From: Piedraia hortae CBS 480.64
Lineage: Eukaryota
DNA: 64,000 nt
NCBI GenBank assembly: GCA_010093745.1
Contig: MU005974.1
Span: forward strand, 1-64,000
Direction of reading: 5' to 3'
The notes under the pieces were generated by a model. That model worked only from the letters and a program-made list of their open reading frames with translations, had not been told where the DNA came from and did not search any database. The position numbers were made by a program, and so were the translations under genes. The first letter of the stretch is position 1, and each line of letters begins with the position of its first letter. Positions 50,434 through 63,754 of this stretch are shown in pieces.

Positions 50434-51894
50434 ATGGACGAAGCAGACGCGGGGCTGGGCGAGAGTCTTCTGAAATGGGTTAATTCATTCGAAAAGGTCG
50501 AGGGGTGGGAGCAGCTGAGTGATGGCCGCTGTCTCTGGCGCACTCTCCGCCATGTGGACCCCGAGTACTTTGCTGCCGCTCTGCCTGAGCCCGACGTTGG
50601 CCCTGGTGGCGACTGGACGCGCAAATGGCAGAATCTCAAGCACGTTGAGCGTCGTTTGTCCACGTACCACCGTGATGTCTGCCATGAGCAGCCGCTGCCC
50701 GCCTCGTTTGTGCCAGACCTGCAGGCAATCGCCTCCCGAGCCGACGCCGGAGAGCTGCAGAAGCTCATCATGGCTGTCATCCGGTCGGCCATGGCATCCC
50801 CCCAGTCTAACCAGTCCATGAGCCAAAGGCTTATGGGTCTGGGACGAGAACATGCAATGGCCGTCGCCAACCGATTACGTGTTATGGAGGAACCGCTGGA
50901 GCAGGACTTGGCGCAGGCCTACCGTGATCCACTGCTGGAGCGGGAAGAAGAACTGTTTCAGGCGCAAGCCACCATCTCTCAGCTGCAGGACCGTCATGAA
51001 GCTGCTAGGCGACAGCTCCACGAACTCCGTCAAGACAAGGAGCGTTTGCAAGAGGCATTTGAGACATATCGCTCGGAAATGCAGAACGGGAAATTTGACG
51101 ACCCTCTACGCAAGCTGCAGCGGCAGGCTGAGAACGATCGAGCCTACATCGAGGACCTCGAGCAACAGATGCAGACATCCCGCCAGACCATCGCCGCATA
51201 CGAGAAACAACTCGAACGCAATCGATCTGGGGACAGCGTATGCACACTCCGCAACGAAATTCAACAACTCCGAGCCGAAAACGCCCAACTGGAGCACACG
51301 GCCAAAGCGAACGAAAACCTCAAAAAGAAAATCCACGCCTTACAGGAACAAGAAAAAGGCCATGCAGCCGTGCGCGAGGAACTAGGCCAAGCGCGCGAGC
51401 GATTAGAAGAGCTCCAACAACTCAAGCAAGCGCAAGCCGGTCTCGAAAAAGAAATCATCGAAAAACGCAATCTAATCCGCAACCAAGAATACCAAATCAA
51501 CGAACTTACCACTACACGTAAACACGCCGAGCACGAAGCTCGCTTACTCGCGCAAAAACTCGAAGCAGCGCGTGAGCGTCTAGAGCGAGACCAAGAGACC
51601 TCCCTCGACGGCGACGAAGACAAAGCCGCTCTAGAACGCGAACTAGAATCCACCGAAGCGCGTCTGAAGCGAATCACCCTGCAGAACGCACAATTAGAAG
51701 AGCGACTGCGCCAGCAGGAAGAAAAACCCCCTGCCGAGGGAGCGACGGAAACAGACGCAACTGCCCTCCAGCGCGAGAATAGACTCATGGCAACAGCGTG
51801 GTACGAGCTCGCAAGGAAAGTTAACAACCAACAGATTAGTACTAGAAGGAAAGAGCCTAGAAGCTGGATTAGACAGCAGAGATTACAGGTTTAG
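50434..51894 (+). CDS. Hook-family dynein/early-endosome adaptor (HookA/Hok1-like)
   Basis: N-terminal Hook domain (LLKWVNSF..LSDGRCLW..VDPEYF..WQNLKH..PDLQAIA), long coiled coil, C-terminal RENRLMATAWYEL..EPRSWIRQQR. Confidence 0.85.
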   Translation: MDEADAGLGESLLKWVNSFEKVEGWEQLSDGRCLWRTLRHVDPEYFAAALPEPDVGPGGDWTRKWQNLKHVERRLSTYHRDVCHEQPLPASFVPDLQAIASRADAGELQKLIMAVIRSAMASPQSNQSMSQRLMGLGREHAMAVANRLRVMEEPLEQDLAQAYRDPLLEREEELFQAQATISQLQDRHEAARRQLHELRQDKERLQEAFETYRSEMQNGKFDDPLRKLQRQAENDRAYIEDLEQQMQTSRQTIAAYEKQLERNRSGDSVCTLRNEIQQLRAENAQLEHTAKANENLKKKIHALQEQEKGHAAVREELGQARERLEELQQLKQAQAGLEKEIIEKRNLIRNQEYQINELTTTRKHAEHEARLLAQKLEAARERLERDQETSLDGDEDKAALERELESTEARLKRITLQNAQLEERLRQQEEKPPAEGATETDATALQRENRLMATAWYELARKVNNQQISTRRKEPRSWIRQQRLQV

Positions 51895-54800
51895 GTTAGA
51901 TGTTCTTTTCAGCGTCGTGCATGAACAGTTTACGGTTTGCGTTGCTTTTTCGCATTGCATGCATGTGCGCCCCTGTTCTCAGGTGCCGGTGCTGGGAGGT
52001 CTGCGGTGTAGCGGCGTGCATGCTGCATGCGCGTCGGGTCGGTCCGGTCGTTCGAGAGGATGTCGGTGGGTTTAGGGGTTAAGCTTTATTTTAAGCTTGC
52101 TGAACTCCCCGCTGGTTGAAAGCCTTTCCTCGTGCAGTGGTACTACTGAGTTTAGACAACTATACTCCAATCGAGCTCTTGAGCTCTGCGTCTTGTTGCT
52201 GATGCGCTCCGCGAGTGTTGAATTGCAGAGCCTCCCGTGACAGGCAGCATACCCCGATGAGTGCTGGCGCACAGAGACTCACTAGTAGATGCAGTAGTTT
52301 TGCCAAGTTTACTTGACAGGATTTCTCTGCCAAGACGCACTTGATGAGTGTTTGATGTGTTATGGCCAAAGCCCGAGGTGGTCATAATGTTTGCCAAGCC
52401 CACTTAACACTGTGTCTTGGCAAGAATGCACTTGCCAAGGATTGGCCTTATCCGAGGCGCAAGACTTGGCTTCAGGGCTGGTCTGGCTGTGTAAGATTGC
52501 TGCGCGGTCATCTTTGTCTTCACGGTGGGTTCGCTGTGCTATGGCGAGAGTTCACTCAGCATACTCGAAGCAGCTGCGGAGCTGTGTAAATGTTCTTCTC
52601 CACCTTCGGGCTGGTAAGGAGACCGTACTCGCTCGTTCTTGTACTCAAGAGCTGTTCCGTTTTGGTGAGGGTTTTACTCGCCGGCCTGGGACGAGACTCG
52701 AAAGTGTATGATCACTAGGAGAATTTGAATCTGACGTTCCCTCTGGACTGAAAGGGCTGCGTTGCTTCGCATACTTGGTGGTGATGCTGCACCACCAATC
52801 ACTAGTCCATGTTTCATTCGCCATGAGCACGGAGTTTATCAGCCGTGCAACAATTCCTGTGAAGGCGTTAAGATACCTTTCCTTGGACGCGGGGCACGTT
52901 GAGCGACCCCAACCGGACCGTAACAGTTACTACTGTAGCCAGCGATAAAGCATTTGGTAGAATATCCTAATTACTAATAAGGTAGACACCAGGAGCCCTC
53001 GTATGGAACTGCTGCAGTTGGAGCATGCTTAGCCAGCGGGTGGCCTCTCTATGCCTTATCCAGTTATGTCCAACCTTTCGAAGCCCTGGTGCAAAATGCC
53101 CCTCAACCCCCCCCGGCAGCGGAGCCAACGCTGTGCAATCTTCTGCCTTGCACATGGATAAGCGGACTCGAGACAAAGGCCTGCTTAATTCTAGCGACAT
53201 GTCATAGGCAGCTCCGCCGGAACGATATTTCTAGCGTTCCGCGGAGCCCGTCAATGTCGTCACATTTTGTGAGATTTGCCTGTGGTGGGCAGGGTGACGG
53301 ATCCATTTTTTCCGCGCAACCACCACCACAGTCGACGACACTACGGTAGACACTCCGAAAAGTGCGTACTCGGGTATGTGCCGCTCGTTAGCTCTGTCAA
53401 TCAGCTCACCGATTTTTCTAGGTTACCAATTGCGTTCAAGGGCGAGTGATTCGCCGGCTAAGCGATTGATCTCGGCGAAGCGACTCCTGCGTTGGAGTGA
53501 GGAGATGAATAGGGTCCTTGGGTATGAACGGGTGCAGGATAGAGCGATGGAGTGTAAGAATAGCAGTTTTAACGGCCGGGCATGGAGGCGCTGAAAAAAG
53601 GCAATCAAGATGGCAAGGGCAAGAGGATGGGTGCAAGGAGCAAAAGCCTGGCTTCTTGCAGGTGCGCTGGCCTTTAATCACTAAAAGTAACCAGTGGTGT
53701 ATAGCTGGCACATCAGGGCTTCGCCATTTTCGTGGCACACTGGCGAGTCAAGGCCTGCTCAAGGATCCTTGGGAAGGTGCAGCACGCCTAAGAAGGCCAT
53801 GAACTCAAGGACTGCGACACAGACGTTCGTGGACTGTTCATAAACCCGCAGGGATGAGGGTAAAGTTCTGTTGTGGATTGGGGAGGAGGAGCTGCGCTCG
53901 TCTTCTCTGACTGACACACGAAGAATAGTACCCGAAGGTGCACCGAGGTTCGACGCCATGAAGAGAGCATCTTGTATACGAGCAGACAACAATAAGAAGT
54001 CAAGCAGCGAGCGGCACAGTCCTCGGGATTGGGGCCACTGGGAGACTCCAAAAACGTTTGTTCCATATCGACAACGTTTGGAGGCTGTGAAATTCACGAA
54101 AAGAGGCCCAGGGAGCGGGTCCATAACACATCAAACCATGGCCTTGAGTTGCATGGTAGAAGTATAAAGCACGGATGCATGCGGCATCATTTGCCAAGCT
54201 GTAATGAACCCAGCATAACCTTAATCATTGATGTAATCATCACCGAATTGCAGCAAGAGGGTTCTCCATTGAATTTTACTCTTTCTTGGCACTTTTCATC
54301 GACCTAACATTTATACAGATTCAACAAGCCTTAGGCCGTCAATGCCGCAATTTATGACGTTTCGTACTTTAGCAAACATCCAATTTCAGCATGGCGTGAT
54401 GCGCTAGGACCACATGCCCCGCCCACCATGGCTTCAAATTCCTACATTCTTTTCCACTCCACCTTCCTTACCTTCACATCTTACGCCTTCCACCTTGAAC
54501 CCCACAAGCTCCACCGCCCTCGACATATCTTTGCCCCATAACATAATTTTCGCACCTTACGTGGACAGCTCTTCAGCTCATGGCACATGACGGAATGCTC
54601 AAACACTTTACTCGACAGCTACAAATCCAAAGGAGGCTATGACATGCACACAAAAAGGCAAGCTCTTCATTCAAGCAAAAGTTGCCAGCTTGAGATTGTG
54701 GTCTCTCAAAGTGAATTCACTGTCTCGATTTCCTCTATCTCGATCTTCCAATGTTCAACGGTGAATTGACCAAAGTCCAGTGTGATCCTGAGATATCGTC

Positions 54801-56549
54801 TATGGTGTTTTAATCTACCAAAAGCGAACGGCAAGGGACCGCTCATGATCCGCAGATTCAGTTTCACCCTACCGAGAGTTCTGGACACACAAGACCACGG
54901 GTTGGCTATCACTCCTTTGGAAAGGTGCCAACTTATCAAAAATTACAATAATAATTGAGCTGACGACTCTGCAAGACTAGGGTTTGCAGACTACCAACGT
55001 CGAAGCCATTTATGACCAACTAATTCTGCTATCCTTGATAAATCATGGGAAAATGATCCGTCAGAATGTTTTAGGAAAACTTTAGAGGAGTTTCTTCGGC
55101 TGTGACTCAGGCGTCTTCGACTGAATTGCGGTTTTTGCTGGCACTACTGGCTGCTGCTGGACAATAGATTCAAACAACCTCCTAGGGTCCGACAGTTTTT
55201 GAACTCTGAGCCGAAAATTCGATCCTGGACAGTGCATGGTGTGAAGCCCGGCCTCAAGAGTGAGACAATCACTGCTAAGGAACTCACCACATTTTGGGCT
55301 GGCACAAGGCTGAGATGCAGCAAAGAAGTCGGAGGAAAGGTCCAAGTCGTAAATCAATGGCTCCTGGGAAGAACGGCCTGGCATCAGTAAGGGAGTAAGT
55401 GATTCAATCACTATTCTGTAACCAAGCGAAAAGCCGATCCAAGCGTTTGCTATTTCCAGCCGCTCAGTCAGGCACACTGCTGGTGCTTGGGCGTAGGATG
55501 TTCCTGCCGCCCCATCTGTCCGTCCACTCGGCAAAGGCAGTTCGGGCGGATCAAAATGGACTGGCAAGGAAGATTCGGTCCAAAGTTACTGCACGCTTCC
55601 TCTGTCTTGTCTACTGCAGACGGCATCCAATGCGAAATCCAATTCTTTTGCTGGCCATGCAACCAGTAGGAACAAATTTTCTACGTTTGGAGCCTGCCTG
55701 CTTTTTTAAGTGCAATGGTATCCCGAAATGTTTATTCGACGCGATTCAGATACAGCTTTTTCTGGTTACTTGTTAATGTCGTGGTTTCTGTACTGGTAAG
55801 TTCATGGTCTCACTTTACTGCAGGGCTACAGACTAATACTTTGTATCACACTGGTCAATCGATGCCCGACCACACTTTTCATGCCTGTCTGTCAATAGTC
55901 ACGGAAGGTGCACAGATGATGTGGTTGCTCCCTTGTTTACTTCAGAGCAATCGTCTCAGGACAACGGTTTCCCCGCTACCGGGTTGTCAGCAGCTATCAA
56001 CAAGCCCTGGGGCAACATGCAGTGAAACCTCCCTCTCGGCTAGTGACGAGACCGATGCAGTGATGGGAAATGTGCCAGTGTCCTAGACCCGCATATCTGC
56101 TGGGTCCCGCATGAATCGCGATAGAAGAAAAGGTTACTGCTGTGTCACGGCGGAAGAAAAGGGCATTGTCAAGACGATGAGCCCTGTGTCAGTTGAATCG
56201 ACCATCAATAGATAACAGGTGCGCGAGGCCTCGCGGGGCTTTGTTAGGGAACTCTTTGGGAAGGTAAAGGGATGAATGCGGGAAGATGAGGCGGTAGGAC
56301 AAGTGAGGAGATGGTTTGATAAACGCATCTCAACCATGTCCTCCCCAGTGGAAGAAATCCCTCTGTATTTGAGCACGCCTTGGTCTAAGGCCTCAAAAGA
56401 CGACATGAAACTATACCAAGCACAAAGTATTCAGGTATGCCATGCATACCATGCACACATTCAGCCTGGCATGCAAACCGCGCCACAGGTTTCTACCTTA
56501 CAGGGGAGCTTTTTTATTTGGAGGTTCGTACATAGAGGTGAAGGCATTC

Positions 56550-56770
56550 CAAAATTTTAACCACCGAAGGAGGAAGATTTCTCTGGGACGAGCTCTTTGT
56601 TTTCGGTGAAGTGGTCTCAGTGAATGCGACTAGGTTGGAGTGAGGTGATGTTTCGCATTTAGCCTCACCTCATCTCACGACATAGACATAGACATAGACA
56701 TCTACGTGCACCTGACCGCCACATATGAGGCGCTCCAATTTCTCCACTGGAGGCTTGGCCTCCGACATAT
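56550..56770 (-). pseudogene. Highly diverged family X relic (copy D)
   Basis: Reverse complement contains GTCGGAGG..GTAGATGTCTATGTCTAT..GAGGTGAGG..CTAGTCGCATT..CGTCCCAGAGAAATCTTCCT, collinear with copies A-C. Confidence 0.4.
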
Positions 56771-57495
56771 TGCTCATAGTGAAACCAGGAATGAGGCAGA
56801 CGCTTTATATTGCTTGCTGCCGCTAAAATATTAGGAGAATCGCGTTGCCATTAGCGCGAACTGAGGGTAATTTGCCAGTATCTTAAGTTGTAGCGGGGGA
56901 GTGTCTGTTCCACCAAATCATGGTATATTTCAGCTTTCTGTCATCACGAGTCAAATATGTGAGCTCATGACTCGGACCAAAGTCATCTATTGGCTCAAAT
57001 GAAGGCCGTGTGTAATGAGAATCTGCAGCGAGTATCAAGACAAAACCCCTTAATGAGGTTTCTCATAGCTAGGTGAAGGCAAAGATATTGGCGGTCTTCT
57101 CAGCATGACTATTCTGAAGCTTAGGTGTTAAGCTGGTTAAGATGTTTGGGTGAGTCATGCTAATGAAGAGACTCTCGCCGAAAGGAGCCCTGCCACTGTT
57201 ACACAGGAGCGTCATGCTGCATGATCAGACACAAGTCCTTCTCAGCTACCCAGTTGTCTATTGAGTAGTCTAGCTAGAGAATTCTCGTGTGCTAGTCTCC
57301 ACGATGGTGTATCCGCTCCACCCACCTGCACCCAAAGATTGTATTTACACACGTTATTGGTTAGTTTATGCATGCAAGCCACACTTACCCCGCCTCATCA
57401 TCCCTCAGCATTGAATTCTGACGGCCTCGAAACAGTCTCATCCATCCCAGTTATTGTCCAGTTTTCCTTCCCGACGGCCATTCATCATACTCAGC

Positions 57496-60400
57496 ATGCC
57501 CATAGCGTCGAAGCGCTGGCAGTCGAAGCGGAAGTTGAAGATCCCAAGTACGAATACACTCGCTTCACAAGCTTCAGCTTCCACATCACGTCCCTCACAG
57601 CCAAACAAAACCTCCGCTCAGGCTTCGGCTCCTGTGCAAGCTCCGCAAACCCCTTTTCAAGACAAGGCACAGTTTATTCTTGATGTTCTTGATGATCTTG
57701 CCACCGAAGATCACATGTTTGTCGAGGAACAGGTTGGTTCAAACAGTGATCTCGAGGGAAACGCGACCAGAGTCCTGACCTTTTAGAGGGCAAAATCAAA
57801 CAAACAGGTCCAATCAATGGTTTTTTAGCATGAGAAAGATTGCGTATCATATCATGCGACTCGCTACAATGTTTGATGTGGCGAGTAATGCCCAAGCGGA
57901 GACGCTCGGCCTGCCATGGGCCATCATTCGCTTTCTCTTTATCGTAATCAGTACTTTTGTCCAAGTATGACACTAGATAACAACGTTTCCCTAGGTAGCT
58001 CAAAAGGAGCAGAATGAATGGATCTTAAAAGGAATTGAGACGGTGCTAGATACAAGGTACCTACTGAACATGTATATTGACATATACAGCCAGCTTGATG
58101 CGACGCCCGCGATTGGACATCTGTATGTCTACATCGTCAAGCTATACGGCCTCAGCTTAAAGTTCGTGGCATGCGCCTAGCACACATGTAATATGAATAA
58201 GTTTGAGCGGATGATACCTTCTCTGACTGGTGATGACGGGTCTGAGTCAATGAACAACTCAAGAGGCTGGAGAAGGCACAAGCAGGGATCGATCAAGGCG
58301 TTAAAGGCGTTCAACAAACACTAGATCTTAGTGCTCTGCAGGCGGCATCTGGGGCCGTGTACAACTCGATGGACCATCGTCATGCCAATAAGATTGGCGA
58401 GTTGCAGCTATGTCTGGCAGGTACACGGGTGGAGATCAGACGAAAAATCGTGGACTGGGCCACCGCCGCAAGCGACCAAAGGGTGTTCTGTTATCTGAAA
58501 AAGCCGGAACGGGCAGATCTACAATTGTTCGAACCGTTGCCAATGAGCTGGTGCGGCAAGGATATCTAGTGGGAAGTTTCTTTTTCAGATGCGCCAGGGT
58601 GAATTGGGCCGCGCGCGCGAAGTCCGTTTCCCACAATTGTTCGTCAAATTGCAGACTCAATACCCAGAATCAGCAATGATATTGCTGCCGCCTCGCACGG
58701 TTTACCTCCTGTCAATGAAAGGCCATTGACGAACCAGTTTGATAAGCTTATCAAGGAGCCGCTCTCAAGGTATGACACTGGTCGTGCTATGGATATCAGG
58801 GTGATTGTCATTGATGCACTGGATGAGTGTGAGGAGTGGGGAGCGATAGGCCATGCCATGACGTTCTGGTCCAAACTTTGTGCCCACACTTCCATCAACT
58901 TAAGGGTGTTTGTGACCAGCCGATCAGATAATAAAGTCGGCGACAAGCTCAAAAAATTGGAAGGCAAGGACCTACAGCATGAGAGGCTTGAGGACTTGCA
59001 ATTTGGTACCATCGAATAAGACTTGACATCGATTTGTAGAGATGAACTCAGACAGCTGCGCGAGAAGAGCAGCTACACTTCAAGCTATGATACACTAGAG
59101 GATGACTGGCAGGGGGAAGTCGTTATCAACGAACTCGTTGAGATATGCCAGCCACTGTTCATCGCGGCATTCACAATTTTTAGGGATGTGGCCAGCAATC
59201 CACGACAACGACTTCAAAGATGGGTGGACTGGCTCAACTTTACTGGCTCGGATTCACTGACCGTGATCTACTTCGAAATTCTGGAACATGCCGCTGACCT
59301 CGATAAAGAGTGGCTGAGATGGTTTAACAAGGTTGTCAAACCGATCACTCTTCTACTTTCTCCACTCACTATCACTGCGATGGCAGATCTGCTGGGAGAG
59401 GAAGGTAACATGAATGGTCCTAATGCTCTCATATCCTTGAGTTCAGGAATTTATTTCCCATGTGGCAAAGGGACGAAAGCAGGATCACGGGCTGCCGTAA
59501 AAATTTATCACGTCTCGTTCAGCGACTTTCTGCTGGATCCCAGCCTCTAGGACAAGTCTTTTTTTGGACCGATAAAGTGGAACACATAATTTTCTCCTGA
59601 GTAGATGTCTCAATTTGCTGAAGACAGAGCTGAGCCGGGACGTGTGCAAGCAGAAAGATCCAGGAACGGAACGCAAAGACGTACCCGCAGAGCATATCAA
59701 AACGCACATTCCAGTGGCCGTATAGTACGGCTGTCGCAACTGGGTTAGCCATGCGATCCAAAGCAATGAGACATTTGATGATGACGAAAAAGTTGATCGT
59801 TTTTAACGCGCCTATCTCCTACAATTGACAGAGGCAATGGTTTGGCAAGACAGGCTTGGAGAATGAATAATGTGCCTAAAGCAACTGCAAAAAGCTATTG
59901 GCATATGTATCACTTCTTTTCCAGTCAGCAAAAAGTATATCTAATACTGCGCAGCCCAAAATCTCGCCCGGACTGCACTCGTCTGTCGCCGATGCTCTGA
60001 GATGGATATCAGCAAAGCGAAATATTTTGAGTGATACATTCCTTCGGACATACCCTTCGGCACTAGCCTTTGCACCGAGCAACAGTGTCGTGCGAAAGAA
60101 CTTCGGGCATGAAGTGGAAAATTCCTTGCAAGTTTAGCTGCCCGTCGCGACTGATTGGGGCTTTGGGTTGCAAGCACTGAGGGGGTATACTGGTGGTATA
60201 CTGTCGATAACGCCTTCAATCGATGAGAGGAGGCTTGTTACCATTATCGCAGATAACACAGCACGAGTATGGGATGTTGAAAGCGGCACCGAAGAAAGTG
60301 CCCGGAGATTGACTCTGAAATTCATGACAGCAGGAAGTTCGACGCCCACACAGTTACTTCGACGTTCTTTGAAGAAGACCTTGTGATCATTGCAAGGGTG

Positions 60401-62020
60401 TGCAGGGGGTACTGGAGGTGGAACCTGGAAGACGACGTGAAACGAGTTGACCGGACGCTGCCAGGCGTCGCAAAAAGCGTTTCCATCTCTCCGAATTGCT
60501 GATATGCCGCAGAGGATTTGCGCACTGATAGAGTCTTCTGGGACGCCGACAACAACTCCAGACAGGTGCTTGAGGGTCACAATTCTTCAGTGGAATGCAT
60601 GGCGTACTCGTTAGGTATTGAGACACCTGTGTCGGGATACACAAATATCTGGAAATGGAGCTCACAAGCTGGGCATGAAGGATTATGCGAAGAAAGTACC
60701 GTCGTCAAAGTCATCGCCATCTCGCCAAATGGCAAGTTGTTTTTTTGGTCCGATCGGATATCGGTGTTTCAGTGCATCACCAATGAGGTTGAGCAAATCA
60801 TGCAAAATTACACGTCTTTGCTCGGCTCTTCTCTCATGATTACGCCAGACGGCCAAAAAGTTTTGGTTTTTGAGGGGCATGGACTCTCTCTCTACGACGT
60901 TCAAACGCAACACGGGCCAAGGAAACTATGTTCGGGACCCCACGACAGTATCGCCCGATGGAAAGACAATCTGGGCGGGGCGTTTTGATGGATTGATAAC
61001 ACAGCTGGACACAGATTTAGCCTTGAAGAGCCAGCAGCATCGGACTGGTTCTGCTACCGCAGTACTGTCAACGGATGGACGATCACTCGCATTATGGAGT
61101 CAGCGAAACCAGCGCAGCGTTTGGAACATTGACATGCGAATTTATGAACGGCGTTTGACAGATAACACGCTGTCGAACACCTCTTACCACCGGATCCTGA
61201 CTTCATAGGACAGTCACCTTGTAGTTGTTGCCTCCCTATACAACCATGCGAGCAACACGGTTTTGATTTGGGATATGGATGCAGATGAACTGAGAGAGTT
61301 AAAAGACAGACCGGGCCATGCTAATGCTCTTGCGTTATCCCCAAACTGCAAATACTCTTTTGCGGTTTGAACGACTGTCAGCTGTGGGCTATTGATTTGA
61401 ACGCGGAGTTCTGCGAGAAAGATTCACGGGTCATATAAAACGGATCAATGTAATAGCATTTTCTCCAGATGGGCAGAACTTTGCATCGTCATCAGAAGAC
61501 GCCACAATCAGGATCTGGGGATCTAATTCACAAAAGTCGCTGGTACTGAGCCTTGAAAACTGGGCGTCCGAGGCATCTTTCTCAGCAGATGGTCGAATGC
61601 TCTACACTTCGGACACCCCGCATAACATGTGAATGGGACATTGAAAAGGCTTGCATTGTGCGCACACTCTATCGGGGCTATACGTCTGGTTCGATACTTA
61701 TCGATGGTCGCTTTGTGTTGTCAAGGTTCCTGCCTGTTGTGGACAGGTTAGTAGCCAACGAAGCCGCCTAGACCCAAACGCTGGCGGACTCTTCCGCCTC
61801 GACAAGGTCAACTTCGATGTTCCAAGGCCGACAAATCTGCACCTTGGACGGTACAAAAAATAGAAGAACAAATGAGTGGATCACTGTCAATGGTCGAAAG
61901 ATGTTCAAAAGCCCTGATCAGCTGCAAGAATATGGTTGGTTCTCGTGCGGGCGAACGATGATTTTTCTCAACAAAGAGACTGGTTTTACTGTTTTATAGT
62001 TCACGGGCAAAGGCTTTTGA
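57496..62020 (+). pseudogene. Heavily decayed paralogue of the NACHT-WD40 NLR
   Basis: Collinear with 35755-40389 (PFQDK, LPWAI, AGTGRST, VIVIDALDEC, VFVTSR, VCKQKDPGTERK, SALAFAP, WITVNG); many stops and frameshifts and a deletion near 58235. Confidence 0.92.
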
Positions 62021-62099
62021 ACGAAAATTGAACTTGTTCAAATCTGCAATGATCCCAATTCCTTTTCTGAGCGATAAATTAAGTCCGTGTCGCTTCGAA

Positions 62100-62824
62100 G
62101 ATTCTTCCTTGAACCTACCGTGAAAAGCTCCGCAAGGAGGGCTGCAATGCAACATGTTCTAGAGTACCTTGCAATGAAGGGCCTTGTTGAATTTCTTTCA
62201 AGCTAGAGGCAGACATTAGTCCTCAGGCGCGTTGCACTGCGGGGGTTTCCACATTTTTTGTTGGTGTTGTCTAGAGCCGTGCTAAGTTTTGGGTTGGTAA
62301 GCTCATTATGATGACAAGAGGCAGAGTTTGTGGGTTTGTGGCTGTGGTGGAGCCCCGAGCAAAAGGCTAGGGATGCCGAGAAAGATTATCCAGCATTTCC
62401 CACTCTGCCGCAGTGAATTCCTCCAACTCACCCACGGCCACCAGATCAGCCAGTGTGGCCTCAGTCATATTGTATGGCAAGTTTTATTGTTTGGCAAGTT
62501 TTCACCCTTAGTCACGTCTCGAAGAATCGCAGCGTTCGAATAGCTCTGTGTATCGCTCCAGCTGTACTACCAAAGCTCGCAGCCGAGGGATGACAGCCTT
62601 CTGGCTGAGACCAGAGCCGCTTGGAGAATTATCCAACAACCGCTCAATTTCGGCATCCAGCCCACCTAAACTTCTTGACGGATTTTTTGGAGGTGCCTCA
62701 AGCGATTACTTCTATTTCATACTGGAGTACGATGGGGCTTTTCCTCTTTGCAGTGCTTGCACACGATCATTTCTTAATTCAGCTCATAGTGTTCCGCCAG
62801 TACGCTTGGCTTAGTGGCAGACAT
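62100..62824 (-). mobile_element. Deleted hAT-like transposase relic with a BED-type zinc finger
   Basis: Minus-strand 62824-62666 reads MSATKPSVLAEHYELN*EMIVCKHCKEEKPHRTPV*NRSNRLRHLQK; further on NLPYNMTE, EWEMLDNLSRHP*PF..TLPLVI and CIAALL..RFK, resembling hAT blocks. Confidence 0.5.
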
Positions 62825-63754
62825 TTTGAGCGGTTCTTGGTCGAGGTTTGGGTGGTAGGATGAGCAGAGTATAAAGAAGGGAAATAATGAAGAGGCTTGG
62901 GGTGATAGAGATGAAAGGTGGTAAAGGCTGGTGAGAAATTAATGAGCAGTGGTTTGCGTTCGATGGAGATTTCTGCAGTCATTATATACTAATACTTAGC
63001 CCATGGACTGGTTTCGCCTATGACTTCTCTCATTTCAATGATGGGCGTGATCATATGTTCACCCAAGAAATCATTGAACTCATTTCACTTAGGCCTGCCA
63101 TTTATCCAACGATTAGCTTCGATTAGCATCATCAAACTTCCTCCACCACGAGATCATTGGGTTGGTTTACCTACCTAGGTGAATAAAAGGTCCTCCATAA
63201 ATACGATTCACCTGTTCGATATCTTGGAATGCCTGACGTCTCCGCTTACTCGGTCCGGCCCGACCCGCCGCAATTTGACCCCAGAGCATGAATATGTGGC
63301 TGAAGCAGGGCTATGATAGGTGCATGCGCAGTCTCCCTGCGCCCGATAGAAGGCCTGTCTAACTGATGGAACATCTCTTGACTATGCGCAGTTCCCAAAG
63401 CCTATCTCGAACTGCTTGCCAGCTTAAATATATATTCAATCCAATTGTTTATACGGTGTCAAGTCGTCAAACATAGTCAAGGTGGCATAGGCAGAGCTCA
63501 GATGCAACATCTTTGGGCCAGCACCCAATTACGCAAATGAACACAGTATACTGTCATCCGCCTGCACTGCCATAGAGCAAAAATCGCAGATATACGTCAT
63601 GTGTTGAGCCATCAGCTGAGTCCATGCATGCAGACACACTGCGCCACTCCTGAGGATCTAAGCCACAAACGTAAATCCCGAAGCCTACTGACATCTTCCC
63701 TCATCCTGAATCTCCTCGACTTTGGTTCCCGCATACCCATTTACTGTGTTCAGA

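Noticed and set aside
51880..52100. TTAGG-like words as telomeric repeats
   Set aside because: Isolated units, no tandem array.
52350..54136. 16-bp perfect inverted match (GTTTGATGTGTTATGG) as possible TIRs
   Set aside because: It does not extend, has no TSD, and roughly one such match is expected by chance in 64 kb.
57496..62020. RIP as the cause of NLR decay
   Set aside because: Lesions include many indels and transversions and the region is not visibly AT-rich; RIP is not supported by eye.
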